From an uncultured archaeon (GTDB lineage: Archaea; Thermoproteota; Nitrososphaeria_A; Caldarchaeales; Wolframiiraptoraceae): DNA of 64,000 nucleotides. The DNA lies in contig CALJVH010000010.1 of assembly GCA_937974645.1 (NCBI GenBank), positions 1,771-65,770 of the forward strand, written 5' to 3'. A program made the position numbers and the translations under genes. Positions 18,562 through 27,967 of the stretch are shown piece by piece. Position 1 is the stretch's first letter. The number at the start of each line of letters is the position of its first letter. The notes beneath the pieces were generated by a model. It did not search any database and was not told the origin of the DNA. It worked only from the letters and a program-made list of their open reading frames with translations.

Positions 18562-19701
18562 TCATGTCGCACTCACCTCCACTTCCCTCTGCCTGATCTT
18601 CGCCGCCACCTCTGTAACGTCTATCCCCACGGGACACCAAGTGATACACCTACCACAACCTACACAGCCCATAACGCCGAACTGGTCAACCCACGTAGCA
18701 AACTTGTGGGTAAACCACTGGCGATACCTGCTCAATATACTAGACCTGATGGGCCCACCATGGATGTAGGAGAAGTCGATATTGAAGCAGGAGTCCCACC
18801 TCCTCCAACGCTCAGCAGCATCGCCTGAGAGACCAGTGACCTCCTCAACTGTCGTGCAGAAACAAGTCGGGCACACTAATGTGCAGTTGGCACAAGCAAG
18901 ACACTTCTCAGCAATCTCTTCGTATACCGGGCTCTCGAGATTCTTGTACAACAAGTCTTTCAGACCATCTGTGTCCAGCTTTTTCCTGAACAGCGTATGA
19001 CTCCTCTCCATCCGGACGGCGGCCTCTGATATCTCCTCGCTCGTCGCTCCACGCGCGCCAATATGCTCGAGGAGGCTTTTACCCCTACTTGATCCCACCT
19101 TCGCAACGAAGTAGTGCGCATCGTCGCTCACCACCTCTGTGAGGCTTATGTCGTAGCCCGAGCTCACCTCAGGACCGGTGCCGGTGGACAGGCAAAAGCA
19201 GTTCTCACCGGGCTCGGTGCAGTTGACCGCAATTATGAATATGTTACGCCTCATGGCGGAATAGACCGGGTCTACGTATGGGCCGCCCAGCATCACCCTA
19301 TCGAAAATGGAGATTGCGGCGAGCTCGCAGGCCCTGACCCCAAGGAAGGCCATCTTTTTTCCTTCATCCACGTTATGAATGGAGACTTCGCCGTTTTTCG
19401 CGACTGTAAGAAGCTTGACGCGGGGCGGGTATAAAAACTTCTTCCAAGAGAATGGCCCCACCACAAAGCCGAAGAACGCCTCATCGCCCCTCTTTTCGAG
19501 CCTGTAGTAACCGGGTCCCTGTTTATCCTTCACTCCCACCGGTAACTGAGATGCTGACTCAATTTCATCGTACACTATAGTATCTTCCCTAACAACAGGC
19601 CCAATTACGGAATACCCGAGCCCGCGAAGAGCGCTGATTAACTTATCGATAAGCAGAGAGTCGAGGAAATAGTGACTATTCTGACCAGCTGATTCCTCCA
19701 T
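18562..19701 (-). CDS. hydB: Sulfhydrogenase beta-like subunit (4Fe-4S, AsrA-like)
   Basis: CLACANCTLVCPTCFC and CVGCGRCITWCPVGIDV ferredoxin-type motifs. First gene of the four-gene operon. Confidence 0.8.
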   Translation of the reverse strand: MEESAGQNSHYFLDSLLIDKLISALRGLGYSVIGPVVREDTIVYDEIESASQLPVGVKDKQGPGYYRLEKRGDEAFFGFVVGPFSWKKFLYPPRVKLLTVAKNGEVSIHNVDEGKKMAFLGVRACELAAISIFDRVMLGGPYVDPVYSAMRRNIFIIAVNCTEPGENCFCLSTGTGPEVSSGYDISLTEVVSDDAHYFVAKVGSSRGKSLLEHIGARGATSEEISEAAVRMERSHTLFRKKLDTDGLKDLLYKNLESPVYEEIAEKCLACANCTLVCPTCFCTTVEEVTGLSGDAAERWRRWDSCFNIDFSYIHGGPIRSSILSRYRQWFTHKFATWVDQFGVMGCVGCGRCITWCPVGIDVTEVAAKIRQREVEVSAT

Positions 19702-19948
19702 AACACATCCGTGTTAGGTTGACAAAAACGGTTGATTAATAAGTATTTATTCTCTTTTTCATTGTATATTACTCTGGTGATGCCCAGAATACGTAAACGA
19801 GATGTGATAGCCATAAAGTTACTCTATTCTTGACTCAGCATTCTTGAGAGAGCATTGAGACTTCAATAAAGCTCGCCGAGAGAGACTTATCTCATCCTTG
19901 GCCTGACACTTCGCGAGTCCATCTAGTGATGGGCTTGGGAGGTCTTAT

Positions 19949-20012
19949 TCAGAAAGCCTGCGCGATCACTTTTAGAGTATATGGAGCTCAGATATACGCG
20001 CAGGCTTTCTGA
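19949..20012. repeat. Perfect 16-bp inverted repeat with 32-nt spacer between the divergent hydB and nikR genes
   Basis: TCAGAAAGCCTGCGCG (19949-19964) and CGCGCAGGCTTTCTGA (19997-20012) are exact reverse complements. Confidence 0.8.
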
Positions 20013-20207
20013 GCCGTTTAGAATTTTTCAGCGACGATTGTTCTCTTATTCTACTCCCGGATCACCCTCATAGTGCCTCTCTGCTCTTTAAGTAATGTAG
20101 AGCCTCATGATTCTCCATTGTTATTCATCTTTATCTAAATCCATCCGGGAAGCTGCTGAGGGTTGCTGGAATACCGTTATAAGCGCCGAACATCACAATT
20201 CAATATC

Positions 20208-20615
20208 ATGGGGAGGATTATCAGGACGGGCGTCTCATTTCCCGAGGATCTTTTGAAGGCCTTTGACAAAATTATCAGAGATCTTGGGATAAGGTCTAGG
20301 TCCCAAGCGATTCAGGAGGCCGTGAGGGACTTCATTGCTATGAACTCTTGGAGGATTGCCGATGGGGAAGTAGCGGGCACGATCTTAGTCCGCTATTCGC
20401 ACGAAAAATACGGTATCGAGGAAAAGCTGACCGACGCGCAGCACGAATTTCTAAAATTAATACCATCAGCCCTTCACATTCATATTTCGAAGGAGGACTG
20501 CTTGCTCGTCATAGCCGTCAGGGGCATGGCCTCTGAGATCAAGGAACTTGTAAAGAAGCTTAGGGAGGCTGGCAGGGTAAAGCAGCTAACCTATGTGATG
20601 ATGCCCATTTGCTAG
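20208..20615 (+). CDS. nikR: Nickel-responsive transcriptional regulator NikR
   Basis: Ribbon-helix-helix N-terminus MGRIIRTGVSFPEDLLKAFDKII. C-terminal metal-binding region includes LHIHISKEDCLLV. The ATG at 20208 is preferred over the TTG at 20163. Confidence 0.85.
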   Translation: MGRIIRTGVSFPEDLLKAFDKIIRDLGIRSRSQAIQEAVRDFIAMNSWRIADGEVAGTILVRYSHEKYGIEEKLTDAQHEFLKLIPSALHIHISKEDCLLVIAVRGMASEIKELVKKLREAGRVKQLTYVMMPIC

Positions 20616-21061
20616 GCCTTATCCGGCATAACACCGATTTTTGTCTGGTTACTGCCGCGATTAAGTTGAGACTCAGCCCGAAAAACACCCCTCTTTCGAA
20701 GTAATATTAACAGCGGCAGTGCGATGCCCCTGTTTTAACGCTATCATCACTAAGGAGGATTGATGTCACAGTGAAATTAGAAAATCATCAAGAGCGTAAG
20801 ACCGTCGGGGTTCAACATGATTCTTTGCCTCATATTGTGGATTCGTGCTTGATGGCGAGATGAATCCGCAACTTCGTATCCTGCGATACCATCTCGATAG
20901 GCTTTTACGGGGGAAAGTGGGCGAGAATGAAGTATGATATGTGCCCCAAGCTACGGATCCGGGTGCTTAGTCCACCAGAGCGAGCGCCACAATCAAGTGA
21001 TGTATCTCGATTGCAGATGATCTTTGTGCTCACTATAGCGATCAATTTTTGTTAAGACAGT

Positions 21062-21300
21062 ATGGGCCTGAAAGGCTTAAGTGATCTGCTTACACCGGGG
21101 AAACTGACGGAGGAGATGCTTGGGTTGGGCGAGAAAGCGGCGAAGCTTAAAGCGCTGACCGAGATTTATAGGGAGGGCTTCGCCGAGCTGAGGAGGAAAT
21201 TGAAGCCCTGAGAACATGGCTTAGAGACAAGGTCGATAGGCTCGAAGAGGTAATCAATAAGCTTGAGGCAAAAGTGGATTGGTACTACCTGGCTCAATAG
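21062..21300 (+). pseudogene. Frameshifted paralogue of the downstream coiled-coil/C-terminal-TM gene
   Basis: MGLKGLSDLLTPGKLTEEMLGLGEKAAKLKAL... stops at 21211. The continuation EIEALRTWLRDKVDRLEEVINKLEAKVDWYYLAQ is in another frame. It shares the TP..LTE...GL.E..AKL.AL pattern with the 21342 ORF. Confidence 0.4.
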
Positions 21301-21341
21301 CGGTTGGAATAATTTTTAAGGATGAGGGGCCGATATGAAAA

Positions 21342-21656
21342 ATGTCCGCTACAGTTGAGGATGAGGAAATGAAGGCCTCAAATCCGTTCACGCCAGAAGA
21401 ATTAACGGAAAAAGTCATTGGGTTGAGCGAGAGGATAGCAAAGCTAGAGGCACTAATGGAGAGGTATGGAGAGACGCTCGCCGAGATCAAGGCTAGAGTA
21501 GGCAAGATCGAGGCAAAATTCGATGAAGATGAGGATGAATCGAATGAGATCAGGGCTATAACCGGAAGACTTGAGATCAAGCTCGACATATACTTCTGGC
21601 TATGGCTCGGAACAATCGCCGCTTGGATAATATTGAGGGTGATGAGGTTGATATAA
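21342..21656 (+). CDS. Small coiled-coil protein with C-terminal transmembrane helix
   Basis: Heptad-like acidic region, then YFWLWLGTIAAWIILRVM. Architecture reminiscent of DUF1640-type proteins, from uncertain recollection. Confidence 0.5.
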   Translation: MSATVEDEEMKASNPFTPEELTEKVIGLSERIAKLEALMERYGETLAEIKARVGKIEAKFDEDEDESNEIRAITGRLEIKLDIYFWLWLGTIAAWIILRVMRLI

Positions 21657-21848
21657 AGGTGATGGCCTTCAAAGAAGGCATCAGGCTTCCGCCGAGGTTA
21701 AGGAATATCTTCCCATGTAAGGTGTCTAAAGGAAGATTTAGGTAGATCTGGTAATTCAGCTGTACGGCCACTAGCAAATGGCTAGAGAATGATGGTCGTT
21801 GAGAGTCAGATGAGGCGGAGTGATGAGGTCAAAGGGCTCGCCAGAATC

Positions 21849-21858
21849 TTTTTAAATA
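21849..21858 (+). promoter_or_regulatory. TATA-box-like element upstream of hypC
   Basis: TTTTTAAATA ends about 30 nt upstream of the hypC ATG. This is consistent with an archaeal promoter and a short or absent leader. Confidence 0.35.
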
Positions 21859-21887
21859 GATAGACGACCATCACTTATCGTAATAGA

Positions 21888-22121
21888 ATGTGCTATGCAA
21901 TCCCCGCCAAAGTCGTCGAAATCCGAGGAGATGTTGGAGTCGTAGACTTCGGTAATGGCGTTAGGAGGGAGGTTATCCTAGCAATGGTTGACGCTAAGGT
22001 AGGCGATTATGTACTAGTTCACGCAGGATACGCGATAAGGGTCTTGGATGGGGAGAGCGCTCTTGAGATGCTGCGTGCAATCGAGGAAGTCATCGGCCTA
22101 GCCGGGGAGGAGAGGAGCTAA
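21888..22121 (+). CDS. hypC: Hydrogenase assembly chaperone HypC/HupF
   Basis: MCYAIPAKVVEI... is the invariant N-terminal Cys2 HypC signature. 77 aa. Confidence 0.85.
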   Translation: MCYAIPAKVVEIRGDVGVVDFGNGVRREVILAMVDAKVGDYVLVHAGYAIRVLDGESALEMLRAIEEVIGLAGEERS

Positions 22122-23594
22122 AGTCCTTAGAAGGATGGTTAACGTTGTCGGGTATATTCCCAGTACCACTAATAGTATTGCTGAGACGATTATTGGCACT
22201 AACATGAGCCTCGGCTCCGGCTGGGCTCTTCTCACGGCCTCAGACTCCTCCCCGAATAAGCTTCTCCTTATCGTCCAGAGCCCGTATCCGGCTGTGATCA
22301 GCGAGAAGATTATTGCAATGATTGTTAGCGCGAGCCTCGGGATATCGAGGGAGGAGTGGAGTGCGGTGTATATTGAGCCAGCGAATATGAAGAGCTCCCC
22401 CCAGAATCCGAGGAGGGGTGGGTAGCCCATCAAGCTCAGGAAGCCTATCATGAAGGCTATGCTCATGGTCCGCATTCTACCAGCTAGGCCGCCGAGTTCA
22501 TCCAGATTATCGGTGCCGACGGTTCTCGAGAGCATTCCGGATATCATGAAGAGCATCGCCTTCGAGAGGCTGTGCGCCACATACATTAGCATGGCTCCAG
22601 CCAGCCCGATGACGGAGGCCGAGGCGACCCCGAACAGCATGTAGCCCATCTGGCTTATGCTCGAGTATGCTAGAAGCTTCTTCAGCCTATTCTGCGCGAG
22701 GGCCACGTAGCCGCCATAAATCATGGTTATCAGAGCGAGGGCGAGTAGCGCGATCATGAAGTCATTCTGTCCGATCATTTGCGGGAACGCTATGTAGAGT
22801 ATCCTGAGGGCCACGTAGCCGCCTATGCCTGTCACGACCGGGAGTATCGCGCTTATCGGCGTTGGCGCGGCCGAGTAGGCGTCTGGGAGCCAGGAATGGA
22901 GCGGAAAGATCGCCATCTTCACAAAGAGCCCTACGAGCATTAGCGAGGCTATTAGGGAGAGAGTGGTTGGGCTTAGGCCCGCGGCTCTAGAGGCGAGCTC
23001 GAGGATGTTCAGCGTCCCCATGATGGAATATGTTAGCCCTATGCCAACTAGGAACATCAGGGCTCCAGTCTCGGTATAGAGGAAGTACTTGAGAGCTGCG
23101 CGCCACCTATCCTTCTCGCCCCACACGACTATCAGGGACCACGACGCTATCAGTATAAGCTCGAGAAAGAGGAAGAAGCTCGCGAGGTTCGTAGAGAGCA
23201 CTGTTCCGAGCATGCCAGCGTTGAATAGAAGGTATAGGGAGAAGTATCCTCCCCATCCATCGCGGAGATCCATGTATGCGATCGAGTAAATGCATGCCAG
23301 CAGCCCAACCACCGCGGTCACCAAGGCGACAGGCCCGCTTAAACCATCAAGATAAAGGATGAAGTCCCCGAGAAGCTGGGCCCATGGATAGGATGCTTGG
23401 AGCGGCGAGCCGGACCTGTGGACAAAGTATCCAGCGACAACGAGGCATATCATGGAATAGGCCAGTGAGGTCAGTGCGATCCATCCAACTCTCTTTCCGA
23501 GCAACTTACCCATGGCAAAGATTATTGCCGATGCGATGATTGGCACGATCAGGGATTGGAGAAGTAGGTGGCTTGCATCAATCATTTTAGGCAC
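22098..23594 (-). CDS. Antiporter-like membrane subunit (NuoN/MrpD-like), last gene of the membrane-bound hydrogenase operon
   Basis: 498-aa polytopic protein of the NuoLMN/Mrp family (LAYSSISQMGYML, WLPDAYSAAPTPISA). Confidence 0.8.
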   Translation of the reverse strand: MPKMIDASHLLLQSLIVPIIASAIIFAMGKLLGKRVGWIALTSLAYSMICLVVAGYFVHRSGSPLQASYPWAQLLGDFILYLDGLSGPVALVTAVVGLLACIYSIAYMDLRDGWGGYFSLYLLFNAGMLGTVLSTNLASFFLFLELILIASWSLIVVWGEKDRWRAALKYFLYTETGALMFLVGIGLTYSIMGTLNILELASRAAGLSPTTLSLIASLMLVGLFVKMAIFPLHSWLPDAYSAAPTPISAILPVVTGIGGYVALRILYIAFPQMIGQNDFMIALLALALITMIYGGYVALAQNRLKKLLAYSSISQMGYMLFGVASASVIGLAGAMLMYVAHSLSKAMLFMISGMLSRTVGTDNLDELGGLAGRMRTMSIAFMIGFLSLMGYPPLLGFWGELFIFAGSIYTALHSSLDIPRLALTIIAIIFSLITAGYGLWTIRRSLFGEESEAVRRAQPEPRLMLVPIIVSAILLVVLGIYPTTLTILLRTLAPLLPG

Positions 23595-25587
23595 CTCCAG
23601 TTAGAATTAGCATTATGAGTATGAGGGCGCCGAGGATCAGCCCGATAACGTAGTGGTTTAATACGCCCGTATGTGCCTTTCTAATGAGGTCTGAGAATCT
23701 TCTCGCGCCGATCGACAGCGCATTGTTGATTCCTTCTATTACCTTTAACTCTAATACCTTAGAGGCTATTTGGCTGAGCCTTATCGAGGGATGTGCAATG
23801 GCCTTATAATAGAATGCATTGATGTAATATCTCCTGATGAGAAGCGTCCTGAGAGCCTTCATGTATCCGCGCCTCTCGACTATCTCACCCTGACCCTTCA
23901 CCCTCCTCACGTAGAGCGCGTACGCCGGAGCCGCTCCAATAACGATCGCGATGATTGATGCCAGTGGGACAATGAGCTGAGGGCCTAGTGCCCCGCTAGC
24001 TGAATGCGCGTGGACCGGGAGAATGCGCGCAAGGACCTTTTCGAGGCCGCCCTCGAGCAATGGGGCGACAAGCCCTAGAATAAGGCTGAGAACCGCCAAG
24101 ATTAGGTATGGTACCCACATGACTCTCGGTGCCTCATGCGCTTCCTCTGATTTTCCGCCACCGTAGAAGACTAGGCCCATCATCCTGATGCTGTAGAAGG
24201 CCGTTAAGATCGCGGTGACTAAGCCAAGTATGAAGGCGGCGTATTCTCCGGAGGATAGCGTCATGGAGAGGACTAGATCCTTGCTCCAGAATCCCCCAAA
24301 GGGCGGCATACCCATGAGCGCGAAGGCCGCGAGGAGCGTGCTATAGAATGTTATCGGCATGTGCTTCCGGAGCCCGCCCATATCCCTCAGGAATCTAGAC
24401 CCGGCCGCGTGAATTATGGAACCCGCGGCGAGGAATAGGGCCGCCTTGAAGACAGCATGGTTCATCAGGTGAAAGATCGAGGCGACATATCCGCCGATTA
24501 TCTCCGTCGAGAGACCTGCTGCCCCGAGAGCCATCATCATGTATCCTATCTGGCTGACTGTTGAGTAGGCTAGAATCTTCTTGAGCTCCGTGGAGGCAAC
24601 TGCTTGGCTCGCTGCGATGAAGGCCGTCAAGGCCCCGATCCACATGACAGCGTAGAAAAAGCTGGTGGTCGTGGGCACGCTCGCGCTCCAGCTGAGGGCA
24701 ATCGGGAAAAGTCTCGCGACGAGGTATACCCCTGCCTTGACCATCGTGGCGGCGTGGATCAGAGCGCTGACCGATGAGGGGCCTGCCATGGCGTCCGGAA
24801 GCCACTCCATCAGCGGGAGCTGAGCAGACTTCCCCACCGCGCCGCTGAGAATCAATATCAGGGAGATTGGAAGGAGCCACTTGAGATTCGCCGGGGCCAG
24901 CGAGTCGGCGTGTAAGAGCTCAGGAAAGCTCACGGTCTTAACGGTGGCGGCGAGCATCAGGGTTCCCGCGATCATGAATAGGTCTCCGAACCTAGTCACC
25001 ATGAATGCCTTCATTCCGCAGTGGGATGGTGGATATGCTTCCGGGGGCTCTCCAACCCAGTAATGTAGCCAGCCCTCTCTTGAATCTCGATACCAATAAC
25101 CTATGAGCGCGTAGCTGCAGAGGCCGACTCCCTCCCAGCCGACCAGCATGAGGATCAGATTATCCGCGAGCACTAGGAGGAGCATGTTCGCGATGAAGAA
25201 GTTCATGAAGAACCAATATCTAGTGAGGCCTGGGTCTCCGCGCATATAACCCAGTGAGTAGACCATGATTAGAAAGCTGACAACCGAGACTATATTGACC
25301 ATTATTATGCTGAGCGGATCCAAGAGCACCCCAGCTTTTATTTCTGAGAGAATCGGCGCGCCTGGCAGTAGCACCCACGAGATCTGGCTCCTCAGCGGCC
25401 ACTTAACTTCCTCAAACAACAGCGGTATCAGGCTCAGAGTCGTCAGCATCGCGAAAAACGAGAAGATCACAGCGCCATAGTCCCTCGCCCTCCCGCCGAT
25501 CCTAGCGAGCAATGGAGTCAATAATGCTCCGACCAGCGGCATCATCCAACTCGTCCAAGCATAAATCGCCCAGAGCTCGAGGCTCAT
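23587..25587 (-). CDS. Antiporter-like membrane subunit, NuoL/MrpA-like, with long C-terminal lateral-helix extension
   Basis: NuoL-type core (WEGVGLCSYALIGYW, LAYSTVSQIGYMM). About 130-aa C-terminal amphipathic segment ending in a terminal TM helix. The ATG at 25587 forms an ATGA overlap with the upstream gene. Confidence 0.8.
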   Translation of the reverse strand: MSLELWAIYAWTSWMMPLVGALLTPLLARIGGRARDYGAVIFSFFAMLTTLSLIPLLFEEVKWPLRSQISWVLLPGAPILSEIKAGVLLDPLSIIMVNIVSVVSFLIMVYSLGYMRGDPGLTRYWFFMNFFIANMLLLVLADNLILMLVGWEGVGLCSYALIGYWYRDSREGWLHYWVGEPPEAYPPSHCGMKAFMVTRFGDLFMIAGTLMLAATVKTVSFPELLHADSLAPANLKWLLPISLILILSGAVGKSAQLPLMEWLPDAMAGPSSVSALIHAATMVKAGVYLVARLFPIALSWSASVPTTTSFFYAVMWIGALTAFIAASQAVASTELKKILAYSTVSQIGYMMMALGAAGLSTEIIGGYVASIFHLMNHAVFKAALFLAAGSIIHAAGSRFLRDMGGLRKHMPITFYSTLLAAFALMGMPPFGGFWSKDLVLSMTLSSGEYAAFILGLVTAILTAFYSIRMMGLVFYGGGKSEEAHEAPRVMWVPYLILAVLSLILGLVAPLLEGGLEKVLARILPVHAHSASGALGPQLIVPLASIIAIVIGAAPAYALYVRRVKGQGEIVERRGYMKALRTLLIRRYYINAFYYKAIAHPSIRLSQIASKVLELKVIEGINNALSIGARRFSDLIRKAHTGVLNHYVIGLILGALILIMLILTGGA

Positions 25588-27155
25588 CCCAAGATCACCT
25601 CCAAGGCTGATCGTATGAATTGAAGAACTGGGTTCAACATAATCGTGACCAGTATGCAAGCGGCTGCGAGGATTACTAAGGGCGCAAGCATGAGTGCAGG
25701 CGCCTCCCCAGCCTCCTCATACTTCTCATTTGATCCCGCTTTCTTGAAGGCAAGTCTCTGGAAGAGCCAGAGGTAGTAACCCGCTGCTAGGATGCTGTTC
25801 AGGATGAAGATTATGGATGCCGCGAGCATCAGGTTGTCCGAGGGAATTCCAAGGCTTGCCGAGATTATGAAGAGCTTGCTCCAGAATCCGCTTAGCGGCG
25901 GGACCCCGGCGAGGTTCAGCAGCCCGACCCCGAGGGATGCCGTCGTGATGGGCATTCTCGATCCGATCCCCTCGAGCTTCTCAACCTCTCTAGACCCCAC
26001 CCTGACTATGTAGCATCCGACTGAGAGGAATGAGAGTCCCTTCCCGAGCGCGTGGTTGAGTACATGGAGCAATGCCCCAGTCAGTGCGAGGGCGGCTAAC
26101 CCAATCTCTGATGGATGTGTTTTGAGGACGTGGGCGGCCAGCCCTATGCCCGTGATTATGTAGCCTATATTAGCTATGCTCGAGTATGCTAGGAATCTCT
26201 TGACGTCCGACTGCATCACGGCGCCGATGTTCGCGAATGTCATAGTTAGGATACCTAAGCCGATCAGGATCGGGCCAAAACCATATGCCAAGGGGCTGAA
26301 TATCTTGAACAGGGGCCAGAGAATCGCATAGACGCCAGTCTTGATTACAATCCCGGATAGGACCGCGCTTATCGGCGTCGGCGCGGCCGGGTGGGCGTCT
26401 GGGAGCCAAGAATGGAATGGCACGATCGCGGCAGTCACACCAAAGCCTATCAGGATCATCATAAGGGATAGTGTGGCCGCCATGTTGCCGCCGCCGAAGA
26501 CCGCGGCCCTTACAGCGTCGAATCGGAGCGATCCGGCAAGCCCGTAGAGGAGAGCTATCCCAAGGAGGGCGACGAGTGATCCGAGGGTGCTCATTATGAG
26601 GTACTTGAAGCCCGCCTCAACAGCCTCCCAAGACCATTTCCTGAAGGCGACGAGCGAGTATGAGGAAATGGCCATGAGCTCCCAGAAGACGTAGAGCGTG
26701 AAGAAGTCGTTCGCGATCGTGACGCCGATCATCCCAGCGATCAGGGTCAGGAGGAGGGCATAGTACCTGTCGAGGCCCAGTTCCCTCCGCCTGATCCAAA
26801 GGAGGTCGTCGGTTGGCAGATGCTCGACGTCGAACAGCATGTATCTCGTCGAGTAGATTGATGCCACTAAGCCGAGGCCGGAGAAGATCATTGAGAAGTA
26901 AATGCTCAGCATGTCGAGCTTGAGTGAGGCTGTTAGGGGCGAGTCAGGACCCCATACAATCGTTCGAGGGATCACGGCCCCGGCAACCGCTTCAAGCGAT
27001 AGGAAGATTAGCGTGGAGAGGAACGCTAAGCTTGCGACTATGCCTCCGAACTCTATGAGCCCAACTCTTCTGAAGACCGGATCTAGGATCACGGTGATTA
27101 TCGCGGCTCCAACTAGGATGAGGATCAAATTGAGGGGATCCGCAATCATCACCAC
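25584..27155 (-). CDS. Antiporter-like membrane subunit (NuoM/MrpD-like)
   Basis: 523-aa polytopic protein (WLPDAHPAAPTPISA, LAYSSIANIGYII). Confidence 0.8.
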   Translation of the reverse strand: MVMIADPLNLILILVGAAIITVILDPVFRRVGLIEFGGIVASLAFLSTLIFLSLEAVAGAVIPRTIVWGPDSPLTASLKLDMLSIYFSMIFSGLGLVASIYSTRYMLFDVEHLPTDDLLWIRRRELGLDRYYALLLTLIAGMIGVTIANDFFTLYVFWELMAISSYSLVAFRKWSWEAVEAGFKYLIMSTLGSLVALLGIALLYGLAGSLRFDAVRAAVFGGGNMAATLSLMMILIGFGVTAAIVPFHSWLPDAHPAAPTPISAVLSGIVIKTGVYAILWPLFKIFSPLAYGFGPILIGLGILTMTFANIGAVMQSDVKRFLAYSSIANIGYIITGIGLAAHVLKTHPSEIGLAALALTGALLHVLNHALGKGLSFLSVGCYIVRVGSREVEKLEGIGSRMPITTASLGVGLLNLAGVPPLSGFWSKLFIISASLGIPSDNLMLAASIIFILNSILAAGYYLWLFQRLAFKKAGSNEKYEEAGEAPALMLAPLVILAAACILVTIMLNPVLQFIRSALEVILG

Positions 27156-27469
27156 CTCAACCTCCTAAGCTTCCTAACGTCAAATGTTCCGTAATGCCTG
27201 TAGATGTTTAGTGCTATGGACAACGCTAGCGCGGTGATTGCCGCGGCCACCGCTGTCGAAATCGCGATCATGCTCTGGGCTAGGGCGTCCATCATGACAA
27301 CGTCATCCACGATCCTTATACCCATCGAGGCTATCGCGAGGTTCACGCCGAGAGTCACGGCCTCCAATCCAATCACCACTCTGACGAGATGCCTCTTGGA
27401 CGCGATTATATAGAGCCCGACGACGATCAGGAGCAACGACCCCCCGAAGTAGATCTCGTAAAGGCTCAT
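27149..27469 (-). CDS. NuoK/MbhG-like small membrane subunit
   Basis: MSLYEIYFGGSLLLIVVGLYIIASKRHLVRVVIGLEAVTLGVNLA is NuoK-like. The internal ATG at 27469 is preceded by GGTGAGGAG. Confidence 0.7.
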   Translation of the reverse strand: MSLYEIYFGGSLLLIVVGLYIIASKRHLVRVVIGLEAVTLGVNLAIASMGIRIVDDVVMMDALAQSMIAISTAVAAAITALALSIALNIYRHYGTFDVRKLRRLRW

Positions 27470-27489
27470 TCTCTCCTCACCACCGAGAT

Positions 27490-27732
27490 CTACCATTCCC
27501 TCCTGAGCTGGGCGGAGACTGCCGCGATGACTGCGAAGAGTATGAATGCTTGGATTAGGAGGTCGAGCCATCTGTTAGCCCAGAGGAACTGAGGGGTCTC
27601 CTCAATGCTCGTCGGCTCGAGGCTCGGCGCCTTGATGCTCTGAACTATTCTTGGCGAGTATGCTAGGAGCGTTACCGCAAGAATCATCGTCAGTATCACG
27701 GCAGTCATTCTCGTGGCCTCCATTCTAGTCAC
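27490..27732 (-). CDS. Small two-TM subunit, candidate C-terminal half of a split NuoJ (MbhE-like)
   Basis: Two hydrophobic helices separated by a polar loop. The position between the NuoJ-N-like and NuoK-like genes supports the call. Confidence 0.5.
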   Translation of the reverse strand: MTRMEATRMTAVILTMILAVTLLAYSPRIVQSIKAPSLEPTSIEETPQFLWANRWLDLLIQAFILFAVIAAVSAQLRREW

Positions 27733-27967
27733 CTCTCTCCTCCCCGGCGTGTATCGTTGCTAGAAGGAGTATTGTGACCGCGCCCGCATAGATTAGTAGC
27801 TGGAAGGCACTGAGGTATGGCGCTCCCAAGAGGTAGAATATGGCGGCCACAGCGATGTTCGCACACATTAATGCAAGTATCGCCTTCATCACGTCCTTCA
27901 GCTCCGCGGCTAGGATCGTGAAGACGAGCGTGAGTATTATCATGGCGATGTGTATGGCGGCCTCCAT
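27725..27967 (-). CDS. NuoJ N-terminal-half-like subunit (MbhD-like)
   Basis: Three TM helices. LGAPYLSAFQLLIYAGAVTILLL resembles the NuoJ TM3 motif (Q..VY.GA..VL). Confidence 0.6.
   Translation of the reverse strand: MEAAIHIAMIILTLVFTILAAELKDVMKAILALMCANIAVAAIFYLLGAPYLSAFQLLIYAGAVTILLLATIHAGEERGD

Noticed and set aside
18464-18649. 61-codon ORF bridging the 94-nt gap between hydB and hydG
   Set aside because: Most of it overlaps the hydB 3' end out of frame, and it is Gly/Arg-rich with no motif. The gap is more likely a plain intercistronic spacer.
20670-20750. Minus-strand GUGAUGA followed about 66 nt later by CUGA, considered as a C/D sRNA
   Set aside because: The spacing is too long, and there are no internal C'/D' boxes or kink-turn-compatible termini.
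24395-24880. 161-codon Arg/Gly/Asp-rich ORF in an alternative frame of the NuoL-like gene
   Set aside because: It is on the same strand but out of frame with a well-supported polytopic membrane protein, and its composition is implausible for a real protein.
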